Source of the DNA: Clostridia bacterium
GTDB taxonomy: Bacteria; Bacillota; Clostridia; Christensenellales; Aristaeellaceae
NCBI GenBank assembly: GCA_045601625.1
Contig: JAZSAA010000200.1
Coordinates: forward strand, 1-43,375
Reading direction: 5' to 3'
DNA length: 43,375 bases
Shown here: positions 8,136 through 17,432 of the stretch, piece after piece
Layout: each line of letters starts with the position of its first letter
Position numbering within the stretch: the first letter of the stretch is position 1
Notes under the pieces: generated by a model
The model's input: only the letters and a program-made list of their open reading frames with translations
Told to the model about the DNA's origin: nothing
Database searches by the model: none
Made by a program: the position numbers and the translations under genes

Positions 8136-8138
<3 letters not shown>
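8106..8138. repeat. Short partial relative of the 1055-1213 element, overlapping the tgt stop codon
   Basis: TAAACTCTGATTTGTGGCCTACGCGACCAATCA combines the TAAACTCT..CTGATTT and CTGATTTGTsG..CGACmAATCA words seen at 1196-1213 and 1055-1082. The hairpin is weaker (8 of 11 positions pair). Confidence 0.45.
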
Positions 8139-9281
<1,143 letters not shown>

Positions 9282-9286
9282 TCAAT

Positions 9287-9311
9287 CAGGGGCGTCGCTC
9301 GGACGCCCCTG
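9287..9311. terminator. Short GC hairpin between the Ig-like gene stop and the tgt start
   Basis: CAGGGGCGTC-gctcg-GACGCCCCTG. The U-tract context is poor on both strands, so it may only be an mRNA-stability or processing hairpin. Confidence 0.3.
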
Positions 9312-9340
9312 TCGATATCATTTTTATGGATGAACGATTT

Positions 9341-9811
9341 TCACGCCCTGGCGCGGCGGCGAAGCAGTATCGCCAGCAGGCCCCCGCAGAGGGCGATGGC
9401 CGCGAAGGCGATGCCCACCGGCATCGAACTGTCGCCGGCCTGGGGAACGGTATCCTCCAGCACGCGGGCGGCGATGTCCATGCTCACCAGCATCTTCCCG
9501 TTGGCGTCGAAAGCATCCATGCGGTAGACGCCGGTGTCCTCGGGCTTGGCGTTGACGATGTTGTAGACCTTCTGGTCCGCGCCGTCGATGGGAACGTCGT
9601 TGAAGTACCACTGGTATTGCGCGGGCTCGACGCCGTCAATGCCGACTTCAATGGTAAGATCCTCCCCGGCCTTGACCACGGCGTTCTGCGTCATCCTGGA
9701 GACGCGCATCACCACCGTCGTGGAGATCGACCCTTCGCTCCAGGCGCAAACAGAGGCCAACAGCATGATGGCAATCAATAGCGCAGCCAACCTGCCCAAT
9801 ACTCTGTTCAT
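9341..9811 (-). CDS. Small surface protein: signal peptide, one Ig-like (I-set-like) domain, C-terminal hydrophobic anchor with a basic tail
   Basis: Start at MNRVLGRLAALLIAIMLLASVCA, with GGAGGGG upstream. The Ig-like signature is YQWYFNDVPIDGADQKVYNIVNAKPEDTGVYRMDA. The tail is VPQAGDSSMPVGIAFAAIALCGGLLAILLRRRARA. Confidence 0.75.
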   Translation of the reverse strand: MNRVLGRLAALLIAIMLLASVCAWSEGSISTTVVMRVSRMTQNAVVKAGEDLTIEVGIDGVEPAQYQWYFNDVPIDGADQKVYNIVNAKPEDTGVYRMDAFDANGKMLVSMDIAARVLEDTVPQAGDSSMPVGIAFAAIALCGGLLAILLRRRARA

Positions 9812-10107
9812 GCTGAACCCCTCCAGTGCTTCCGGTGCATTTGTAGTTATGGTAATTTTACTGCACAGGTGCCCGAATTTCAATAGATATCCGCATATAT
9901 GCACAGTTTTATCTAATTTCAGTCACAGATATTCACGCACGTTGCACAATATGTAATATATGTGTAATATTCTATAATATATCAGTAATAGTTTTCAAAA
10001 CATTCTGAAATAAATAAACTTACCCTGCCTTGTGTGGAACACTGCGTTGGTTTGCGGCTTCCGGCGTCAGCCCTTCGCCGGCTCCGCCATGTTTTCCGCC
10101 TGCGGTA

Positions 10108-10136
10108 TTGCATTTCCCCGGGCGATTCGGTATAAT
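10108..10136 (+). promoter_or_regulatory. Candidate sigma-70 promoter for the SDR gene
   Basis: TTGCAT (10108-10113), a 17-nt spacer, TATAAT (10131-10136), about 90 nt upstream of the ATG at 10225. Confidence 0.55.
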
Positions 10137-10224
10137 TGATGGCAGGAACGATGGGCGCATCGGGCTGCATCCGGCGCGCCGTCGCGTAAGCAAACAAAAC
10201 AGGGATATGAAAGGGTGACTGAAA

Positions 10225-11100
10225 ATGGTGGACATGAGCAAATGGATTGCCATCGCAAAGGAGAACATCGGCAAGCGCCCGGCGACCCAGGGACGCCTGG
10301 CGGGCAAGATCGCCATCGTGACCGGCGCGGCCCAGGGCTTCGGCAAGGGCATTGCCGAGGAAATGCACCGCGAGGGCGCGACCGTGGTGATCGCGGACAT
10401 GAACCTGCCCGGGGCCCAGGCCGTGGCCGAGGAGCTGGGCACGCACGCCGCCGCCGTCGAGGTGAACGTGACCGACGAGGAAAGCGTCGCCGCCATGGTG
10501 CAGAAGACCGTGGAGCTGTTCGGCGGGCTGGACATACTGGTCAGCAACGCGGGCGTGGCCAAGGCCGGCAACCTGCTGGAGCTGGAAAAGAATTCCTTTG
10601 ATTTCGCCACCAACATCAACTACACCGGCTACTTCCTTTGCGCCAAGTATGCCGCCGCCATCATGGAGGCCCAACACGAGGCGGACCCAGCGTGGTTCGG
10701 CGACATCATCACCATCAACTCCAAGTCCGGCCTGGAGGGCAGCAAGAACAACTACGCCTATGCCGGCTCCAAGTTCGGCGGCATCGGCCTGACCCAGAGC
10801 TTCGCGCTGGAGCTCTGCCCCTACAACATCAAGGTCAACGCCATATGCCCCGGCAACTACCTGGACGGCCCGCTGTGGTCCGACCCCGAGCGCGGCCTGT
10901 TCGTGCAGTACCTGAACGCCGGCAAGGTGCCCGGCGCGAAGACCGTGGAGGACGTGCGCAAATACTACATGGCCAAGGTGCCCATGAACCGGGGCTGCTT
11001 CCCGGCTGACGTGGCCAAGGCCATATTCTACTGCGTCGAGCAGAAGTACGAGACCGGCCAGGCCATCCCCGTCACCGGCGGCCAGGTGATGCTGAAGTAA
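10225..11100 (+). CDS. Short-chain dehydrogenase/reductase, sorbitol-6-phosphate 2-dehydrogenase (SrlD/GutD)-like
   Basis: 291 aa. Rossmann motif IVTGAAQGFG, catalytic NSKSG...YAGSKFGGIGLTQS, and a C-terminal YYxxKVPxxRGC...TGGQVM block that resembles SrlD. Confidence 0.85.
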   Translation: MVDMSKWIAIAKENIGKRPATQGRLAGKIAIVTGAAQGFGKGIAEEMHREGATVVIADMNLPGAQAVAEELGTHAAAVEVNVTDEESVAAMVQKTVELFGGLDILVSNAGVAKAGNLLELEKNSFDFATNINYTGYFLCAKYAAAIMEAQHEADPAWFGDIITINSKSGLEGSKNNYAYAGSKFGGIGLTQSFALELCPYNIKVNAICPGNYLDGPLWSDPERGLFVQYLNAGKVPGAKTVEDVRKYYMAKVPMNRGCFPADVAKAIFYCVEQKYETGQAIPVTGGQVMLK

Positions 11101-11127
11101 GGTCTGTCGACAGTATCCCCTGTTTAT

Positions 11128-11193
11128 GATCCTTCGCTGCGCCCAGGATGACAACCCATCGCAAGCCTGTCATCCCGGTCGATGCGAAGGATC
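11128..11193. repeat. REP-like palindromic intergenic element, copy 2
   Basis: GATCCTTCGCTGCGCCCAGGATGACA - loop - TGTCATCCCGGTCGATGCGAAGGATC, followed by TATTTTG. It lies immediately 3' of the SDR gene. Confidence 0.9.
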
Positions 11194-11229
11194 TATTTTG
11201 ACCATTTGTGAAGTCAACATGAAAAGTCA

Positions 11230-11258
11230 TTGACAAATAATGAATAAAGTGTTACAAT
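11230..11258 (+). promoter_or_regulatory. Near-consensus sigma-70 promoter with an extended -10
   Basis: TTGACA (11230-11235), exactly 17 nt, then TGT-TACAAT (TACAAT at 11253-11258). The next start codon with an RBS is about 290 nt downstream, at 11546. Confidence 0.65.
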
Positions 11259-11545
11259 TAATCTGTAACAGGCACGATGAGCTCTCCGGGAATGTCAACC
11301 TGCTCAGTCGTGTCAGTTCGCGCTGGGGGGCCGCGCGAGCTGCGGATTAGGGCGTGTTTCAAATGCCTGAAGCGTATTGCGGTGTCAACGGCGCCGCGCC
11401 TCAGGCAAATCTTGCTCCAGGGCGAAAAAGATGCCCGCAGATGATTGCGATCTGGACCGAGTATTGGAAACACACCTTAGCGTGGAACCGTCCATGCGCG
11501 TGGGTTCAACCGTTCACAAGCATTTCTTTTTTAGGAGGGACAGCT

Positions 11546-12175
11546 ATGAAGAAACTCGTTTCCATGCTGCTGGTATTGTCCATGGTACTGACGCTGGCAG
11601 GCACCGCGTTCGCCCTGGAGAAGGACGATTATGTGGAATTCAAGTGCAATTCCGCCGCCTACACTGCCCCCAAGGCCAGCAAGAAGACCAGCAACGTCGT
11701 CATGAAGCACTCGATCGCCAGGGTTCGCTGCGTAAGCGGCAAGTATGTGAAGCTGCGCGTGAACGAAGACAGCAAGATCGACCGGTGGTTCAAATCCTGC
11801 GACGTGAAGGCTGTCGACAGCGACGTCACCTTCGTCGTATGGGCCAAGGGCGGCAAGGGCATGTCCTTCAAGGACGGCAAGATCCTGACCGACAAGGACA
11901 TCCTGAAGGGGAACATCAAGGTCACCGGCCACGCCAACCTGCGCAAGACGCCCAGCCTGCACAAGAAGAGCCAGGGCGTCGTCAACAAGGGCAAGTCCCT
12001 GAAGCTGACCGGCCGCTTCGCCGCCGACAACCGCAAGGTTATTTGGCTGGAAGTCTGCTATAAGGGCAAGAAGCTCTGGATCTCCCAGCCCTTCGTCGAC
12101 CTGAGCGAAGAAGAAATCATAGCGCTGTACGTCGAGCTGTTTGAAGAATACCTCGATGAGTATCTGGCGTTCTGA
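11546..12175 (+). CDS. Secreted Lys-rich protein with two SH3b-like modules and an acidic C-terminus
   Basis: Start at MKKLVSMLLVLSMVLTLAGTAFA, with AGGAGGG 7 nt upstream. The SH3_3-like segment is VTGHANLRKTPSLHKKSQGVVNKGKSLKLTGRF...WLEVCYKGKKLWISQPFV. Confidence 0.75.
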   Translation: MKKLVSMLLVLSMVLTLAGTAFALEKDDYVEFKCNSAAYTAPKASKKTSNVVMKHSIARVRCVSGKYVKLRVNEDSKIDRWFKSCDVKAVDSDVTFVVWAKGGKGMSFKDGKILTDKDILKGNIKVTGHANLRKTPSLHKKSQGVVNKGKSLKLTGRFAADNRKVIWLEVCYKGKKLWISQPFVDLSEEEIIALYVELFEEYLDEYLAF

Positions 12176-12264
12176 CCGACCGTTTCGCGTGCCGGAGCTG
12201 AATCCGCAAAGCTCCGATCCGCGGATGAACAACGCGGTTACAGACATTCACACTTAAGGCATCC

Positions 12265-12339
12265 AAAAGATCATTCGACTCCGCTCAGGATGACAGGCAA
12301 ATCGCTGTCATCCCGAGCGAAGCGAAGGATCTTCTTTTG
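12265..12339. repeat. REP-like palindromic intergenic element, copy 3
   Basis: AAAAGATCATTCGACTCCGCTCAGGATGACA - loop - TGTCATCCCGAGCGAAGCGAAGGATCTTCTTTTG. The A-tract and T-tract flanks give it the geometry of a bidirectional intrinsic terminator, and it sits between convergent genes. Confidence 0.9.
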
Positions 12340-12349
12340 CCTGAGCCCG

Positions 12350-12946
12350 TCAAATTCTCGATATCAGCCAGAACGCCACGCAGATGAGCGAGATACCGGC
12401 GAGCATGGCCACGCAGGAAACCGGCCACTTGCCCCCTTGGTTGAAGCCATAGAAGTCTTCCCAGCGCTGCTCTTCCGGGGCGAGCAGGACCTTGTAGACA
12501 TACACCGCCCCATAGAGCAGCATCGGCAGGGCTCCCGTCATCGCCGTCGGGAGGGTCATCCGCTGTCTCTCCAACAGGCAGAACGACAGGATCGCCAGCA
12601 ACGGCCCGATCAGGTGGACATAGAGGAAGTCGCCGCCGAGCCACTTCGCATAACCGCCCTGGGTCGGGCCCAGGAACAGCATCACTGTCAGGAACGTCAG
12701 CGTGACCGACACTGTGCCCATGTACTTCATCAGGAAAACGGGCCGGGGTACGGCGCCGTTGATCTGGCTCACCGCCATCATCAGCGCCGCAATGGCGCAA
12801 AAGGCGTTGGAGAGGACCGTAAAGTAGCGAAACTGCTTCAACCCTCTGCCGATCTGCCAGGCCCCGTCCTTTCGGAAATGGGAGAGTATGACGGTGAACG
12901 TGGTTACGAATATCACCGCGTTGATGATAATGGAAGCGGTTCTCAT
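12350..12946 (-). CDS. Integral membrane protein (about 6 TM), possibly Pr6Pr / FAR-17a-AIG1-like
   Basis: 198 aa from MRTASIIINAVIF, with GGGAGG upstream. It contains multiple hydrophobic helices. The FRYFTVLSN motif resembles the F-T-x-x-S-N signature of that family. The family call is tentative. Confidence 0.6.
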   Translation of the reverse strand: MRTASIIINAVIFVTTFTVILSHFRKDGAWQIGRGLKQFRYFTVLSNAFCAIAALMMAVSQINGAVPRPVFLMKYMGTVSVTLTFLTVMLFLGPTQGGYAKWLGGDFLYVHLIGPLLAILSFCLLERQRMTLPTAMTGALPMLLYGAVYVYKVLLAPEEQRWEDFYGFNQGGKWPVSCVAMLAGISLICVAFWLISRI

Positions 12947-13093
12947 ACGATCGCCTCCCCGGGGGCTCTGCCGGGCTTCCCGGCAGTCCTGTTCGCCAGT
13001 ACAGGCCTTGTCATGGTCGGTTCCGTCCTTTCCGTCTGTCGTTGCTGCTATATAGTAATAGAATAGCTTCTGTGCGCCGCAAGCCTGCGGCAC

Positions 13094-13159
13094 GGCTCCG
13101 CTTCGCTCCTTTCAGGATGACAAAGGTCCCGGTGTCATACTGAGCGAAGTGAAGGATCT
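13094..13159. repeat. REP-like palindromic intergenic element, copy 4 (left arm divergent)
   Basis: GGCTCCGCTTCGCTCCTTTCAGGATGACA - loop - TGTCATACTGAGCGAAGTGAAGGATCT. The right flank (ACATTTGAATGGAAAACCG) resembles the flank of copy 5. Confidence 0.8.
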
Positions 13160-13220
13160 ACCACATTTGAATGGAAAACCGTATTGCTGCTATTATAATG
13201 CAGAGGCAGGGATGATGGCA

Positions 13221-13262
13221 AGAGGCAGGCTGAACCCCAGCGGAGGGTTACAGCCTGCCTCT
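13221..13262 (-). terminator. 12-bp perfect hairpin just 3' of the ANL-fusion gene
   Basis: AGAGGCAGGCTG (13221-13232) pairs with CAGCCTGCCTCT (13251-13262), and the inner AACCCC/AGGGTT partially extends the stem. The U-tract is weak. Confidence 0.45.
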
Positions 13263-13288
13263 AAAAGACTTCAGCGCGCTGCTGACAA

Positions 13289-15964
13289 TTACTTCTTCTC
13301 AGCCGGGGCCTCGTCGGCTTCCGCCTTGGCGGGCGCTTCCTTCTCCTCCTTGACGTTGTCAATCGCCTTGTTCACGACGTCGCGGACCTTCTTCTGGCCC
13401 TTGCGGGAGAATTCCACCACGGAATCGGCCTGCTCCACGATATGGTTGTTCGCCATCTCCTGGAACTCCTTCATCTGCTTCATGAACTCCTTCGGGGAAA
13501 TGGCCGGCAGCTGCGGCAGTCCCGGCAGGGTCGGCACTTCGTCCGGCAGGCTCTCAGCGAAGGTATCCTGCATGTCCATCATGTACTCGAAGAACTTGTT
13601 CCACTGATCCTTGGCGTTGTCCATCGAGGTCTTCTGCATGTCCATGACCTGCTCGCAGAACTTATCCATGTTGGACTTGAAATCGTCGCAGGCTTCGTCG
13701 TTGCTGTTGTTGTTCTGCATGAACGGCATAGGGGGCATCATGGGCATCATGGGCAGCACAGGCAGCACGGGCATGCTGGGCATGGCGGGCATGTTCGGCA
13801 TCATGGGCATCATGCCCTGGAACATGGGCATAAAGCTCTTGGGGGCGTTCTTTTTCTTGGTGGTCTTGCTCATATTGAAAACTCCTTCCATTAATGGCTC
13901 CACATATCTGCGGTAGGCCAGGTTAAACATTGTCGGGGTCGACTTGTGCAGACTGACGGGGATATTCTTGATGTCGAACTTCGTCAGCTTCAGGACCAGC
14001 TCCCTGAGTCCCGGAATCTTGAACAGCTTGGAGAACTTGCCCTCGTTCAAATCCGGGATGCAGGCGAACACTTCGGAGAGGATGTTGTAGGGGTCGCCCT
14101 CCAGCTCCTCCGGAATGCCCGCGCCCATGCTCGAATCCTCGCCCACCGGCGCCGGGACAAGCAGTATGTCGATCACCTTGCCGTCGATCCTGACGGGCTT
14201 GACGGAATAGCGGTTTCCCGTCACGCTCCCCGAGGCCAGCTTCTTGCCGTCCACCTTTCCGCCGGTGTTCAGCGGCATGGTCTCAACGATCACGCACTGG
14301 CTGGGCAGGTTGGTGTCCGCCAGCTTGCCGTCCGTGATAAACGCCTGGATCAGCGCCTTGCGCAGCACAGTCAGGCTGCCCGCGCCCTTATCGCTCATCT
14401 CCACGTACAGCACGGGGACGTTGTCGTGCAGGATCTTGTGGAACTCCGGCGTAACTCCGCAGGCCACGATACCCGGCTGGGACGTGACCGCCGTCTCGAT
14501 GAGGCCAGCGTCGAACCGCACGCCCGCGTTGTTGACGAAGTACTGGTTGGAGCGGCCAATGCAGGTCAGGCTCCCGTCCTCGTTCACGCGCACCAGGTCG
14601 TGGGTGTTGAAGTATTCCTCGTCGTCGATCTTCTCCAGGGTGAAGAACACCTCGTCGCCCAGCTTGCCGGTGCTCATCGTCGGGGAGTTCAGCAGCAGCA
14701 CACCGGTGCGCGGGCCTTCGGAGAGATCGTAGTAGCGGTTCTCCTCTTCCACGAGGATCTTTGCCTTGAACCCCGGCAGCAGGAAGCCGATGGCGTCGTC
14801 CTTGCGGTCCGTGGGGCAGAGCAGGCACGCGCCGCCCATCTCAGACAGCCCGTAGCCGTTGATGACGCGGGCGGTGGAGCCGCAGGACCTCAGGTAATCG
14901 TTGAACTTCTGCTTGAATTCGGGGGACAGGTATGTGCCGCCCATGAACACGATCTTCAGCTTGGATAGATCGATGTCGGGCATGGTCTTGAGCCAGGAAT
15001 CCAGTATGGTCTTGCTGGTGAACAGCACGTTGATCCCGTAATGCTGGATCGCCTCCGAATAGCGCGGGTTGGTGGCGCCAAAGGGCAGGCTGACGATCTC
15101 CATGCCCAGGCCCAGCGGCGTATGCAGCATGTCCACCATCGCGTAGACCCAGGACATGTTCAGGGTCAGGTAGGTGATCATGTGCTTCGGGGCGTTCTTG
15201 AAATCCGGGTAGGTATCCTTGGCCTTCAGCGCACTCACCACGAAGGCGTTCATGGCCTTGTCGGTGAGGGGAACCGGCTTGTGCATGCCGCTGACGGTGC
15301 CGGTGGTGTGGAGGATGATGGGCGACTTGCCCTTGCCGTAGGTGACGGGGAACGCCTCGTACTTCTCCAGAAGGTCCTCCATCATCAGGCCGCCTTCCAT
15401 GTCGCGGAACAGATCCTTGTTCATGTTCCGGATCATCTCCAGCACGGGAACGCCGAACTCCCCTCCCATCGGGCTCTGGAGCAGTATGATGTTGCGCAGC
15501 CCCAGCATTTCCCTGTCGCGAAGCAGGCGCTTCATCAGCTCGGGGAAGGCGTAATACTCGGAAATCAGCAGGTCCGTGATCTTCTCGCGCTCGATCATGC
15601 TGTGGATCTGCTTCTCGTCGTACAGGTCGAAGGGATAGATGAGGGACACGGACGCGCCGGCCATGTTCAGGCCGTAGAACGCGAAAACCGTCTCGGTGAG
15701 GGGCGTGCCGATCAGCGCCACCCGCGAGCGGTTCTTGGCGGTGATGTTGATGCCGGAAAACGCTTCTGCATAGCGCTCCCAGTAGCGGAACATCTGGCGG
15801 TAGGTGTACTGCCGGTAGCCGTCCGTGATGGCCACGCTGTCCAGGCGCTCCGCGCTGTAGGAATTCAATTCCTTGATGAAAGACCAGCATGCCTGGTCGA
15901 TCAGTTCTCCGCTCTCAAGGCGCTGCATTGTCAAGGCAAGTTGTTCTTTTTCGCTCTTCTTCAT
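13289..15964 (-). CDS. Adenylate-forming (ANL superfamily, acyl-CoA synthetase-like) enzyme fused to a ~315-aa C-terminal extension with a Met/Pro-rich tract and a phasin-like charged helical tail
   Basis: ANL motifs occur in order: HTTGTVSGMHKP (variant A3), GYGLSE (A5), NTHDL (A7), GRSNQ (A8), PLNTGGKVDGKKL (A10 Lys). These are followed by FMPMFQGMMPMMPNMPAMPSMPVLPVLPMMPMMPPMPFM and then KEFMKQMKEFQEMANNHIVEQ...KEEKEAPAKAEADEAPAEKK. The start at MKKSEKE is provisional because the RBS spacing is about 15 nt. Confidence 0.8.
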   Translation of the reverse strand: MKKSEKEQLALTMQRLESGELIDQACWSFIKELNSYSAERLDSVAITDGYRQYTYRQMFRYWERYAEAFSGINITAKNRSRVALIGTPLTETVFAFYGLNMAGASVSLIYPFDLYDEKQIHSMIEREKITDLLISEYYAFPELMKRLLRDREMLGLRNIILLQSPMGGEFGVPVLEMIRNMNKDLFRDMEGGLMMEDLLEKYEAFPVTYGKGKSPIILHTTGTVSGMHKPVPLTDKAMNAFVVSALKAKDTYPDFKNAPKHMITYLTLNMSWVYAMVDMLHTPLGLGMEIVSLPFGATNPRYSEAIQHYGINVLFTSKTILDSWLKTMPDIDLSKLKIVFMGGTYLSPEFKQKFNDYLRSCGSTARVINGYGLSEMGGACLLCPTDRKDDAIGFLLPGFKAKILVEEENRYYDLSEGPRTGVLLLNSPTMSTGKLGDEVFFTLEKIDDEEYFNTHDLVRVNEDGSLTCIGRSNQYFVNNAGVRFDAGLIETAVTSQPGIVACGVTPEFHKILHDNVPVLYVEMSDKGAGSLTVLRKALIQAFITDGKLADTNLPSQCVIVETMPLNTGGKVDGKKLASGSVTGNRYSVKPVRIDGKVIDILLVPAPVGEDSSMGAGIPEELEGDPYNILSEVFACIPDLNEGKFSKLFKIPGLRELVLKLTKFDIKNIPVSLHKSTPTMFNLAYRRYVEPLMEGVFNMSKTTKKKNAPKSFMPMFQGMMPMMPNMPAMPSMPVLPVLPMMPMMPPMPFMQNNNSNDEACDDFKSNMDKFCEQVMDMQKTSMDNAKDQWNKFFEYMMDMQDTFAESLPDEVPTLPGLPQLPAISPKEFMKQMKEFQEMANNHIVEQADSVVEFSRKGQKKVRDVVNKAIDNVKEEKEAPAKAEADEAPAEKK

Positions 15965-16216
15965 AGGAAAACCCAAACGCCTCCTTTCTTTTGAAAAGCT
16001 GCCCTCTCGATCAGCGGCACACCTTCGCTCATCGGGCATACTTTTAACACCTGGTGGAATCCTTCGGTCTTCCACCCTGCGGGAAATCTAAATACACCTG
16101 TAATATCCTCAAATATATGTTATTACCAATTATATCCTACATTGCCACCAATGTCAACCAAGCATCAAAGTTAATTAAGTGTGTTCTGGCATGATTGGGG
16201 CCTGGCTGTTTTATTG

Positions 16217-16245
16217 TTGAACAAACATCACGAATGTGGTACAAT
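16217..16245 (+). promoter_or_regulatory. Candidate promoter whose predicted transcription start (TSS) coincides with the amidohydrolase ATG (leaderless mRNA)
   Basis: TTGAAC (16217-16222), a 17-nt spacer, then TGG-TACAAT (TACAAT at 16240-16245). The ATG at 16253 is 8 nt past the -10. No Shine-Dalgarno sequence precedes any in-frame start. Confidence 0.5.
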
Positions 16246-16252
16246 GATAGAC

Positions 16253-17386
16253 ATGAACGAGAAACAGCTTATCGAGGTGTTCCAGTGGCTGCACCGCCAT
16301 CCGGAGCTGGCCTTGGAGGAAACGGGGACAACGGAATATTTGAAAAATGCCCTCCTGGAGAAAGGGGTGCGGCTGCTGGACACCGGCCTTGAAACCGGCC
16401 TGATCGCCGTGATCGGAAGCGGTGAAGCCCCCGTAATCGCGCTGAGGGCCGATATGGACGCCCTGCCGATTCAGGAACAGACCTCCCTGCCCTACGCCTC
16501 CGGGACGCAGGGGGTCATGCACGCCTGCGGCCACGACTTCCACTCGGCCTGCATGCTGGGCGCCGCGCTGCTGCTGAAGGCGCGGGAAGGGGCGCTTTGC
16601 GGCACGGTGAAGGTCATCTTCCAGCCCGCCGAAGAGATCAACGCCGGCGCGGCGAAGATGATGGCCACCGGCCTGCTGGACGACGTGCGGCTGTTCCTCA
16701 CCGGGCACACCTATCCCTGGTACCCGGCGGGCACACTGGGCATTCGACCGGGGCCGGTCATGGCCTCCGCCGACCGCTTTTCCGTTACCGTCAGGGGCAG
16801 AGGCTGCCACGCCGCCCATCCGGAACTGGGCGTCGACCCGATCCCCGCGCTGGGCGCGATCATCTCCTCGGTCCAGACCATCGTCAGCCGACAGGTCAAC
16901 CCCTTCGACAGCGCGGTCGTATCCATCACCCGGGCGCAGGCGGGCACCACCTGGAACGTGACCCCTGAAACGGCGCTCATCGAGGGCACCGTGCGCGCCA
17001 TGACGGAAGCGGTGCGCGAGCGCATCCGCGAAAGTCTGGAGCGGCTGGTCGTAAACGCCGCGAAAACCCACGGCTGTGAAGCGGCGTTTGAATACGAACG
17101 CGGCCCCTCCCCGGTGATCAACGACGCCGGACTCTGTGACCGGGCCGCGGTCGCCGCAAGGGAAACGGGTTTGCGCGTCGAGGTCAATCCCCCGTCCATG
17201 ATCGCGGAGGATTTCAGCCGGTATCTGAAGCTCGCCCCCGGCGCGCTCTTCAGGATCGGCACCGGCGGCGGCTTCGACAACCATCACCCCGCCTTTACCG
17301 CCGATCCCACAGCGCTAATGCCCGCGGCACGCTTCTTCGCCACGCTGGCCGAGAGGGAGCTGTCGCGCCTGACGCAGGGAGTATGA
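16253..17386 (+). CDS. M20D-family amidohydrolase (N-acyl-L-amino acid amidohydrolase / hippurate hydrolase-like)
   Basis: The N-terminus MNEKQLIEVFQWLHRHPELALEE is typical of the family. The metal site MHACGHDFH is present and the length fits. Alternative in-frame starts at 16244 and 16181 lack an RBS and overlap the -10 box. Confidence 0.9.
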   Translation: MNEKQLIEVFQWLHRHPELALEETGTTEYLKNALLEKGVRLLDTGLETGLIAVIGSGEAPVIALRADMDALPIQEQTSLPYASGTQGVMHACGHDFHSACMLGAALLLKAREGALCGTVKVIFQPAEEINAGAAKMMATGLLDDVRLFLTGHTYPWYPAGTLGIRPGPVMASADRFSVTVRGRGCHAAHPELGVDPIPALGAIISSVQTIVSRQVNPFDSAVVSITRAQAGTTWNVTPETALIEGTVRAMTEAVRERIRESLERLVVNAAKTHGCEAAFEYERGPSPVINDAGLCDRAAVAARETGLRVEVNPPSMIAEDFSRYLKLAPGALFRIGTGGGFDNHHPAFTADPTALMPAARFFATLAERELSRLTQGV

Positions 17387-17432
17387 ATCAAATGGCCCAT
17401 ATAATATTGTTCTCAAATAAAAGCGAGACAAA

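Noticed and set aside
11259-11545. A c-di-GMP-I (GEMM) or ydaO/c-di-AMP riboswitch in the long leader; GGCAAATC and GCGAAAAAG resemble fragments of GEMM.
   Set aside because: The key conserved blocks I recall (GGCAAACC...GNRA...GACGCAAAGCC for GEMM-I; the pseudo-symmetric ACGGGG/CCGA blocks for ydaO) are absent. Only a generic structured leader can be claimed.
16181-16252. A longer amidohydrolase ORF starting at 16181 (non-ATG) or at the ATG at 16244.
   Set aside because: The extension MFWHDWGLAVLLLNKHHECGT is not family-like and no RBS precedes either start. The ATG at 16244 lies within the best -10 hexamer.
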